Part shown: positions 15,297 through 27,200 of the stretch, piece after piece
Layout: each line of letters starts with the position of its first letter
Numbering within the stretch: position 1 is the stretch's first letter
Assembly (NCBI GenBank): GCA_030141605.1
Contig: JAQGDQ010000064.1
Location: 1 to 64,000, forward strand
DNA: 64,000 nucleotides
Origin: Tubiluchus corallicola
Taxonomy: Eukaryota; Animalia; Priapulida
Direction of reading: 5' to 3'
Position numbers and translations under genes: made by a program
The notes under the pieces: model-generated
Told to the model about the DNA's origin: nothing
The model's input: only the letters and a program-made list of their open reading frames with translations
Databases searched by the model: none

Positions 15297-18200
15297 CCCC
15301 GGGCCTAGTGTGCTACCCTACGTACTGTGAGACTTTTGGTTTTGCTGCATGCACAAAACAAAAACAGTTAATCAGGAACATTTTATTATACTGCCTACTA
15401 CGTTTTAAACGTTAATGATGGCAATAATAGGTAATGGTCATATGATAAGCAGGAGTTGCTATATAAGGCGGGTACAGCAACAATAGTGCCTATGTATGTC
15501 CTCTAGTCTTCCTAGCAATAAACTTCAATAAAGTCCTGAATAAGAGTTAAACTGCTCTGTAGTGACTTGTCCAGGTGGAGGTGTTTTCAAAAGCCACACT
15601 GTCTTGTAGAGTACTTTTCCTCTTTCGAAAGAACTGCAGAACTCTCGCCGACATCTATCAAGTTCTGTGCAAGTTTTTATATCTATTTATTACGCAATAT
15701 TTATTTAAAACAAAAATATTTGAAAAAATATTTACAAGAAAGTATGAAATGTGAAAGCAGGATAAAACGTATATACAGCACAGAATAAAATTTTACAGAT
15801 AAAAGAGCTAATTAAAAGATTACGTGTAAAATTACAAAGAGCCAAGGCTACTTACATGCGCCTGTTAAAAGATAAATGATTATTGAGATCTAGACCTTTT
15901 AAACGTTTTTTAAAAAGTCTGTTACTCTGAGTACAAACCAAGGGGACACCGCCGATAGACTCTGGATGTTCATTCCAGATTTTAATTATTCTGTTAGAGT
16001 AAGTTTTTAAAACAGTCAAGTCGGCAGTGAATATAATGTTCGGAGCTCGGACAAAATTTTGAAAAACATTTGGTGGATAAGTTTGTGAAAACGCCTAGTA
16101 CATGAAACTGTGGGGTCTCCCAGGAAATCCAAGCCTGTAACACCCACCATCGAGCAGTCTATCTAACCCTTGCTGGCTGGATTCTCCATTTGAGAATAAG
16201 TTTTGCCCAAAAGCTTGCAAAATGCTCAAAAATGACGTGAGGGCACCAGAACTATTCCTTTCATATGAGTCCTCCAAAAAGGCAAAACACTTTTGATCCT
16301 CCTCTGTGGATCAGATGTGCGCATACATAAAATTATTATTAGTTTTATTTATTTTTTGTTTGATTATACCAGGTATGATTGCTTAGTACCAAGACACTCA
16401 ACTTCTCGTGGTTAGGACGAAAGAGAATTTTCCATTTCGATTGTCTTTCTTGCATGCGGTCTTTCAAATTAAAAGTGATTGATTGCGGTTAGAGCAGACT
16501 TCAACTTTCCTCCATGGCATTCTTTCAGATTCGCAATCCAATTTTGCTTCTTTGAATGCTTAACTAGTTTAAGATTGCTCTTCCATCTTTCTTGAATATC
16601 AGTTATGAATTTTTGCTTAATGAAAAAATCGATGAGCATTCTTTGAAGTTTCTGCTTGGAATGTCTCCCCCGGAATCGTAATGGCCTTTAATTAGCTCTT
16701 TCCAAGACATTATGCTTATTCTGCCATGTTTGATTATTCATGAATCGATTAGTGACTGTAAGACGACAAACAAAATCACTTAATGATAATGAAACAGTGC
16801 AAGTAGGAAATACATCAGAGTGCGCTGGTGTAACTGGTATAAGCAAGCGTAATTGTCACCCTTTGCGTATTCCGGTGGCATATAATATTTTTCTTTTGGC
16901 ATATAATTAGAGAACATGTAAAATTTATCCAAAGTTAAAGGCCTGTATAACCCCAACAGACATTGAAGTGTTTTTAATTCATTATTATTATTACATAAAA
17001 AATTCATAGTTATTATTAAAACAAAATAAACTTATAAAATAAATAACTTACCTTTTTCTGGCGAATTTTGAGCGCATGCCATGTTTCGCGTCTTTGGCGC
17101 TAGTTAGCGAGAATGACGTACGTAGTGCAGAAAGCGTCTTTGGTTATCGATGTTTGTTTACCGATCTTTGGTGATCTCATGACTACAATCATAACGTCAT
17201 TCGACTCGTGTAGCGAAAAATGACGCCTCTTCAAATTTAATTCCACTAAAACGAAGCGATAAAATATCAAAAGAAACGAGTTTTACAATAAGTTCATAAT
17301 AAAATAAATTTAATATTCGTAATAATGAGAGTATGATTTTAGGTTGTAAAAGCTTATATTGTAGTGAGGGTTTAGTTTGACTTTAATGAGGCTGAAATTA
17401 TCAAGGGTTAGCCATTTAGTAAAAAGATAGCTGGAACATCATGTATGCTTCTATATATGCTTTTGTTTCTCGAGTGGTACTCGTGTGTGTTCAGTAAATG
17501 CACCAGTTGACTATTTCTAACAGGATGCGCAATAACAATATGGTAAGGCGCCAGTTTGGACTGAGTTATTCAGTCTCTCTGCCCACAATCTCTTTTAATA
17601 CTAAATCCTGACCAAGTTTATGTACGCGGCGGCCTTTGTTCATATTGTCTGCAGATTTTGAGTAAAAGTTTCAATAATGACGAGAACCTTTTATCGTGTC
17701 AGCCTTAAAGTTGAGATGAGCGTTGGTTAAGTAGCCACATTGCGCCTTATACATCTAGTAGTAAATCAACAATATCCCGATAATAGCATTTGATTGGGAA
17801 GAGCCACTGTGTCACTATTTACGCAGATTCCTATTCAATAAATTTCAAAAATATGGCCAGAAACATCTATTCGATAACAATTTAATGATGCTTTAGAACA
17901 GCTAAGCAATGTAAAAATAGGCTTCTGAAAAATCTCTTCTCTCCCTCTCCCTCTCTTTTTCTCTCTTTCACACTCTTTCCCCTTTCTCTTACTCTGCTCT
18001 TTTAGTCTTACTTCTTGTCTTCCCCCTGTCTCTTTCTCTGTCTCCATCTCTCCCTCTCTGTTAATTAATAATATCTTCACTCATTATAGCGTCATTTTGG
18101 CACTCTAGCCACAAATTGTTTTAATTACTGGTTATCCCTTTTTGCTAATTACCGCCTGTTACCATGGGAATCGCGCATCTCCTGATAAAGTCAGTTGCCT

Positions 18201-21200
18201 GATAACGCCCATATATAAGGATTTCTTAATTATTAACCTCTTTGAAGTTATTTTATACGTAAAAAGCAAAGTTTTATTATATGGATGAAGTGGGTGTTCA
18301 TAAAATAGCTGACCGGTAGAAATTTGAAGATGTACTCTCAGCTTTAAACTTTTCTTATAGTTCTTATAGTGTTATTTTTGAGTAATTTTTCTTAATCGTC
18401 TCCTAGAAATGACATTACTATTTTGGGAAACTAGATCCAATTTTAAAATTTAGCGCAAAGTAGTCTACCTTATAAAATATTGAAATGGAGCTTAAGCTGC
18501 ATCTCGGAAACATGTTCCCAAGAAACAAGTGCTGTAAGCCCGAAACTCTCAGTTCAGAGGTGTTCAGTTGTGACGTAGTGCATGCGTTCGAGAGCTCAGG
18601 TATGAGTACGCGGTTAACTTGGAACTTGAATTTTAAACTTAAAAAATTTGCCGAGTTTTTGTATCGCACTGAATGTTGCGCCTATTATTTAATTATGGGA
18701 AACGCTTTAGCATTATACGTTAGGGTTAGGATATGCAAAATCGTCCAATTTTCTTTTAACCATCGTAGAGAGAAAAACGTTTCCAACAGTAGCTCTTACA
18801 CTTTCGATTGAGTCGTATTCTTAACCGCGATCCGGGAATGCATCGTTGATTTTTTACGCCTGTGAATGAAGCTTGTACTTGACTATATTTCCGCGGGAAC
18901 GCGCGAAACGATGCAACGCAATCACGCGCTTTCTATCTAATTACCAGGCAACTTGTACAATTGCACCAGTTGTGTTCTGACATCCTTGAATTTGATCAAG
19001 TTTCTTGGCACAAAAAGTTAGATTTTTTGCGGGCGTCGGGAATGCTTTGATGTGTCCCGAAGTGTTTCAATTGGTTGCGAAACGTGGCTTCTTCGTCTGT
19101 TTGAATCTTTGTGAAAGGCTAAAGCTGAGCTTACTCGAATGGTAGTTTAGGCTTTCGGTTACATCACTCATGTGTAACAAGTACATACGCCTGCTGGCTT
19201 CATTACGCTGGTTACATATTTTACATAGAAAGAAGAGAGCTTATTATTGTAAGATTTTGAGGCGGTGTAGGAAACTCGAGTGGGCTTGAAAAAATATTTG
19301 CCATTCGTGTGTGTAAGCGACAAGGCAACCAGGCTGTAAATAATTGAAAAAATTTCTTTCAATGCGTGTATCGTAAATATTGTAAATGACATTGAAATTT
19401 TGTTAAGTTAGATTACGAACTAAAATTGTTATTTATAGTATAGACTGTGAATAGTGTACGACTGTATGTTTGATATGTATGATCTCAAGGTCATCTGAAA
19501 GAGCGTCTTGGTGAAAATTTCCTAGCGCTAATAAGCCCTTGTTGATTTATTTTGCCTCTTCGGAAATTTTGCATGCATGTTTTATTGTGTTTTCGTGTTT
19601 GCTATACGCTTGTTGCCCAGTATGTATGTAGTTGATTTGATGCTGTTGTGACTTATAATCTATGAGTTATCGCTTACAGTGAACTTTAAGCAGCTTAATT
19701 CGCCAGGCATTTTGACTTTTATAGTAGCAGTTTATTGCTTGATTTTTAAACTTTATTATAATTACCTGTTTGGAAATTTGGTTTTTTATTTACTGGCCAT
19801 CGCAAAATCCTCAGTACCATACGAAGAGTCACCCGATATCACCTCCAAAACTTCATATATCAATTACCACTAATTTCCAAAAAACTAAAATCAGTTGACG
19901 CCAGTATATATTGTACATAATAAATCATCACAACTGATTTACGTACAGCACAAAAATAAATGTGAATTAGCGAACTTTTTTGTCGTGTTACTGTGAGCTA
20001 AAAACTTGTGGCCTGAACTTTCTTTGTTGTCAACTTTCCGGATAGCCACTAGACGGCTTGACTCAATGCAGGTTCTGGAGGGACTGCGAAATCTGACCTT
20101 AGCTCTGTATTTGTTCAGCTTCAGTTTCATATATATTCATTCAGTTAATTTTCTGATGTATCATTGCGTTTCTGTAAAATCTGACTGATAAGTACCAGTT
20201 TTATTTTTGTACAAGAATGAAAACTATGATTGCGTTCTTTGACGCATGCCGGTCCCTAAACTTCCGTTCCTTCTATTATTACAATTACGAAGAACTGTGG
20301 AAAGCCATACTGCCATAGAACTTTTTTGACTCGATATTATCTGCAGTATTTTTATAGTTATTATGTAATTTTTTCATAGCTCTGAGTCGGCACGTAGACA
20401 TCGATCAGTTAATTTAAAACTTTGGCTTCATGTAGGCATTTTTGCCCAAAATTCATTAAAGCATTTGCTGTAATCATGTAAAAATTTCTGTAGCTGCTGT
20501 TACCATGACTACCAGGCGGATGAATGCGAGTAAAGGTCACCTGTATAGGAATTAAGAACGGTGAACGGGTCAATTGTGGCTTAATTCCAATTAGCGGCAG
20601 CTGTAATGTCTTGATTAACTTAGCTCCAAGCTCTGCTGCATGCAGTCCAGAAAAAATAGACATTAAATTGTTTTATATACTGCTTTTCAGCGTACATAGG
20701 GTTTCTGCTTAACTAAAATTATAATTTTAGTTGATTGAAATTCTTATTTTGGTTGTTGGCTTCTGGTTGCTCGGTAATCGAACGAAATGCGTGCTACATA
20801 AAACCAGAGAAAATGGTTTCATTTCGCTCAATTTTTCTTTTTTTGGCTAGACCTTTGGCTTCATTTATTTGAAAGCATGTAGAAAGTTTACGTGATTGCG
20901 GCGCAACGTGCTAAAGATTGGCTTCATTATTGACGTTGGCTTAATTTGAGTTTAACGTTGCTGAAGTGGTGCGCAAAGCATAATTGTGCTCTCCCGTAGC
21001 CGCAACACGCAAAACCTCTCCTTGCTAATCTGGCTCTATTGTTCTGCAAATAGAAGTCATTCATGTGTGTAGCGCTTTGCTCCCGCACCTACATGTGCTT
21101 TATTTAAAAACCATGGCAAAATCAGCAAGCTGAGTGCAAACCAACTGGACTGCATCAAGGTGTGCATGCTGCTCATGTTGACAAAGTTATTCGTATAATC

Positions 21201-24200
21201 TGTCGTGTGGCTGCGTTGAAAAAATACCGTTTATTTTATAATATGCTTAAGTTCATTGCGATAGCCAATGACCATGTAAAAACGCAATCCAGTACAGATC
21301 AGCAAACAAATCAAATTAGAAACAAATATTGTTATATAACCCAATACACTCATTTTTTGGTAACAGATCAGCAAACAAATCAAATTAGAAACAAATATTG
21401 TTATATAACCCAATACACTCATTCTTTGGTAAATTTTCATGTAAAAGAAAACAAGTTGCAGCACAAGTTGTTTTTTCATTTACTTAATAATTACTGTGCG
21501 TACGGCGTTATATGCGCGTAACGTTATAAAACAGAGTAATTTTATGGCTAATAATTCAACCTTTATTTTTTATAATTAATTCAATTTGCAAACTATTAAT
21601 TACGTAAGCAAGCTTAAACTACTGTAGTAATTTTGATAATAATTTAAATTTATTCCGTAATCCATATATAAAACATACATTACAGTCGGAGATAGTTAAA
21701 ATTAGTTAGACGAGTAAAAGGAATAAAAAGAATGAGGTAATATACAATATAATATATGCAACAGATTATGTACAAGATACACATTTAGTTATCTTAACAC
21801 GTATCGTCATAACGAATAAGTCACTCTGTGATGAAGAATTCATGCTAAGCAAACTAGCTGTTTTTCCTGACAGCTTTTATTAAGTAGAAATAGTGTTTTA
21901 CGTTGTTGGAAAATAGCGATTGCACGTGAATGACGATTTTTACACTGAGATACATGCATTACTCCTTCTGAAAGACATGGATTAGGAGATCAACTTAAAA
22001 CACTTTCATATCGCGGCTTCTGATTATTTCTGTGAAAGTTCATGGCACTGTCACGTAGTGTTCAAGGAAGTGTATAGAGGAGACAACTGTCAGCAAATAC
22101 AACCGCATTGATTGCAAACTCGCTAATCAATTCATTGCTATTGACGTCTGAGTTTTAGTGCAGCTTTTTAATCATCGTCCTCCTCGTTCCTTTCTAAACG
22201 CCCTCGGCTGTCTGCTGACATAATTGTTAACTAACTTGCTAGGATCAGCAGGATTTCAGGATTTGCAAGATCACTGTATTGTTGTTATTGTTGTTGTGGA
22301 GGTGTTCTTCATCTTGCTGCAAGTGGAAAACACAGCGAACATTTCTTCCATGAAAGTTTGTTCACAGTAAGTGGACACGTATCTGCAATAGAAGAGGCGT
22401 ATGAAACTCTTTTGGAGGCAGGGGGGATTTGGCAGATTCTCTACTCTAGCTAAGACACAGCTGCCAGTTCAGTGTCTCAGCATTCATAGGGAAGCAGATT
22501 CCGGTCCCGCCACAAGTGTCAGCAATTCACATCAGGCCTTGCCTGACCATGACAATTTCTAGTTTGCAGTGTGCCAACATATATATAAAAAAATTAATAG
22601 GCATCCATTTCTACTGGTTACTATTGACATCCTATACAATGTATAGCAGCATGTTTTTCAATGAAAGCGCGTGGGTGTGTTGCTGAAGCCACATTTTGTA
22701 GTACCATGAAGGAAGAAACAATTATATTCGTATCAGAAACCAGTCATTCGTGTCTGTAAGTCTTCGGATTCACTAGCCGTGCGGATAGTAATTGTAATCA
22801 GTTATTTGCGCAGATACGAAGGCGTCTCTGATGTCAGAGCTTTGGATATTACGACGTCTATTTCCTCTCGTTTCGTCATATTAGTGTGCTCAAACCAGCA
22901 ATAGATTGTGGTTGATAGTAGAAGAAAGAACGGTTGCATAATCCAAGAAACCGTTACTATTATAGTCCTATTGCTAACTCGGGCCATTCTTAGTTTTAGC
23001 AGATCTTTATCTTGCTCGCAGTCAATTGTGTAGCTTCTTAAGTTGATTGTCATTGGGATTTGACTAAGCAAAGTGGTCGCAGGATTACGTTGGCGATGTT
23101 GATTGATTGATTGACCGGCAGTGCCCATTTGTGGATTATTAACGCTCGGTCGATTTCTGCTTTCGTATCAATGCCCAGCATTATGGAATAAACTGCCTTT
23201 ACGTGTAAAGCTGAGAAATTGTGTGCAAAATAGCCCCAAATTAAGAATGTATTCATAATCATTTCAAATCCGCACAAAGTTTCTTATTTGTTAGAAAACT
23301 GTGGTGAATGTAATATAGTGATTTAAAGTTTTTTATATTGTCGTTTCCATTGATATTACCAGATTCATACTTACTGTATGGCACTCTTAAAAATGACGTT
23401 ACCGTTTTGCGGTACTGTTGGCGCTTTGGGGATGTTCATCTTCTGAGGTACACCAAATTCACCATCCAGTTTCAAGACTATCACATTATGTCGATTTGTG
23501 CCTGAAATATAAATGTTAAAAATCATATTACTGATGAGGTAATTATTGGCCGTACTGCCTTTTGGAGGCATTTACGTTGCCCTAAAAGCCCGACGAGTCG
23601 CTTTCCAAAATCCCCACTCATTCAATGTTGTGCTCAGAATTGAAGTGGACACAACTGTGACTTTGCAATCTTAAGTTTGGGTGATAGATTCAATAAAAAA
23701 GGACACTAACCAACAAGTTGCTACATATAAACATATAGGTGTATTGGAATTGAATAAGTGCATTGGAATACGTGTATAATGTTGAATAAACACGTCTTGG
23801 AATTGAATAAGTGTAGCAGTGTTGGGTAATATTTCCATTTTTTATTCCAGGCTTTGGATTTGTCACTTTTGAAGACGAGGATGTTGTGGATAAAGTTTGC
23901 GAAATTCACTTTCATGAGATAAACAATAAGATGGTAACCAACAAATCTTGTTTTTCCTAGTTTTTTTTTTGCAATAATGGCAAACGTTTCACTTGGGTAC
24001 TCAGAGTTTCTGTATTTATGCATCTAGATCTTCAGTGGTATAGGTGCATTAAGCCTGGAGCAACTCTAGTTTGTGCAGGGAGGCCAGGGTGGCCATACAG
24101 GGGGATATTTGTATAGGTTGCATGGCTTCCGATGTGGTCTTATTTACCATACACACATTTGTATGAGCCGAGTGCACATACCAAGTGCCTTGACTTTTGA

Positions 24201-27200
24201 TATAGTTGCCTTTTAAAATAATTCCACGTAATTAGTTTCTAAGCTTGTACATCCACAGATTCATAGAACAATCAGCATTATTCAACCCTAAAACAATTAA
24301 TGGTCATCAGCCAGCTGTATAATGAATATAATGTTATTTTATTCAGCTGTTCACTTGCTGGATGTCGATTTGCTTTTCCAGTGTTGTAGTTATGCACCCG
24401 TAGACCCTGTGGTTGCAGGGGATGGGGCGTAGATCAGAGTGAAGAAGAGCCATCAAGTGTGCGAAGTAATGCATAATTGTTTGCCAATAGAAAATCGCAT
24501 CAAAAAGCTTAACTTTCTAAGCAAGTTATGACACTTTAACTACTGTAGTGCCTCACTAGGCACTGCTAGCGTCTCACTGATCATTTTGCATGGGCCCTAA
24601 ACATACAGTTACAGTAGCAACTAATCCTTCATAAAGTTGCATTTTTGGTGCAATTTCTAGTGTTACAAGCGTTATTTTATATCATTTATAGCACTAGTGG
24701 TAAAACTCTGCTGAATAATGTGTAAAATTTATCACTTGCCTGAATTGTAAAGTGTTGTCATTTATTGTGGTCAAGCTAATTTGGAGTATTTTGTCTTAGC
24801 TGCATCAGTTAAAATTAATTTCTTTGGTTTGGTATAAATAAATCGCTTTCTTGATAATGTTATTGGTTGATTTGTTCAATTTCACCCAATGATGATTAGC
24901 ATCTCCCTTCATCAGGAACTCCTCAGCTTCTCCTCTCTTGCACTAATGAACAGTAATGAAATGCAAATGCAGAGTAATCAGGCTAGCATCCATTTCATTA
25001 GAAATTCTTGTTCCATTCTTGTCACTCTGCGTGTGCAGATGCATGGATGAAATGCGTAAATAGAAGTATTGGGAGAGAGGAGGGGGTATGGAGAGAAAGA
25101 GATGGAAGAAGGAAGCAAGAGAGGAAGAATGATAAGGAGAAGAAGCAAAAGAGAGGGAAAGCAGTGTAAGAGGGTAATGACAGAAAATAGAGAGAAACTG
25201 GAAACAAAAAGTGAGAAAGTAAGAGACAAGTTAGAAAGTTGAAGCGTGCATTTCTTGATATCTTACAGAAAAGTGCAGAGGCTTATAAAATCAACTCCCA
25301 CTGTATTCAGATATAGTGTTGTATCACATGTGGTGTTTAGGTGACTTTGACTAGTTGTGTGCTACTAGGGTGAGATCTCAGTGTCGGTGATCGTGATCGT
25401 GAGTGTCTAGTTAAACTTTGGTTTTATTTTTGGGAATTATTGTTTTTTGCTTAATTGCACATAAATCATTGCATGAAATTGGCTTCTAAATTGATGTGCC
25501 CGTCTCATTTTTATTTGCCAACATTTTGGCAGTTAGATTATCTCGATAATTTTGTTTTTTAATGACTATTTTTCTAACATGGCACGTGTTGTATTTGTAG
25601 AAATTGTTTATAAGCAGCTAAATAACATACTCGCTGATGATTAAGTTATGTTATTTATTTTTATTTTTATTTTTATTACTGCCTATACAAAATCTTATAA
25701 CCTAACAACAAATGTAGCATAGAATTCGACTGATTATAGTTTTCTCTTTTGGTAATAGGTGGAGTGCAAAGCAGCCCAGCCGAAGGAGGTTATGATGTCC
25801 CAAAACTTGGCTAAGGATATGACTGCGCTGGGCTCACTGGGTAGGGCCTGTTTTCTATCCTGCTTTTGCCTGTACATTTTTGTGTAATTCACTTTTTTAC
25901 CACCAGGTTGAATGCAAGAAGGCGCAACCAAAGGAGGTTATGTTGCCGCAGACACTGGCTAAAGGTGTAACGGCACTTGGTACGCCATATTTTTTAACAT
26001 CGGTAGTAGCTGAGCTGTTGCTTTGTGGATGTTAGGTTTCTCGTATAACCATCGTCAACGACTGTAGTTTTCACTGTAAAAATGAGATTAGATTTTACTC
26101 GTTTACACAGCACTAAATTTAGATTTTACAACATGTAACATTTTACTCCATTAATTCTTCTATAGCCCAGTCATGTTACCTATTTAAAATTTCTACAATA
26201 ATAATATACCAGTGTTACTTGTAATTTTATAGCATGTCTGATAATATGAAACACCTATAGGTGAATACTGTTCATTACGCAAAGCAAAAGGACTTTTGTG
26301 CACTTTTGTTCACACTAAAATGTTACATGAGTCTACGAAGCCTGAATTACATAATCTGTGCATGCTTTTTTTTAGTTGGGATTCAAAAACTTCTATAGAC
26401 ATTTTTGGTACAAAACTTTAGTACTGTAACCTTGCTTTTATTTTGCTATAGTGTATAGCCTATGAACCATTTTTAAGCCCCCACATTGTTTTATGTAGCA
26501 CTAATAAATGCAGACTGTAACAAATTTATGTATGTATTATAATCAGTGAAAGCCATCATTTTTTGTTTTTTTTATGTAACTGATATTTTTGGGTTCTCAT
26601 CTAATGAAATTATTATTTGTGGAATGTGCATTGTCCAGTTTGACTATGTATAACAGAATATAATGTAGTAGAGTATAAATGTGTAGGCTGGTACACACGT
26701 TTACAATAAATCAGATGCATTACATACGTTTGTTTTGGTAAGTGTAGTAAATTTGTATACTAATAACTTGTTCAGTTGTCATAATTTTTCAAAATAATTA
26801 GCTGCATAAATTGCACTGGTTATTATTAGGTTTAAATCTCTTTATATAATTACCATCATTTGATAATTCACTGTTTTAATTAGAAATTACATTTTAACAA
26901 TTTAAATTGTGGCAACTTTCATTTATTTGCGAGGGACAGAAATCTATAGGCTGTTTCATAAATTTTTTCCACATTTTTGTATTGGCTTCACTGTGATATG
27001 TCGTATTTTCTTTTGCAGTGTTTAGATGTATAGAATCGGGAAAGTCTTAACTTATTTAGTCTAGAAGCCAGTAAACTTTTGCGTAGTATCACTGAGTAAT
27101 AGCTTTTAGCTTTACTTATTATTTTCTAAAGTATTAATTTAAAATTTAGTTTGCAGAGTTTTGTTAAAATTTTGTTAAAATACTTGAAATAATTTTAAGT

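Noticed and set aside
15133-15415. ORFs with poly-Y/C/T/A and (YI)n
   Set aside because: Translation of microsatellites.
21162-21521. 119-aa ORF with a 23-aa repeat
   Set aside because: Produced by a 69-bp intronic tandem duplication; no other coding evidence.
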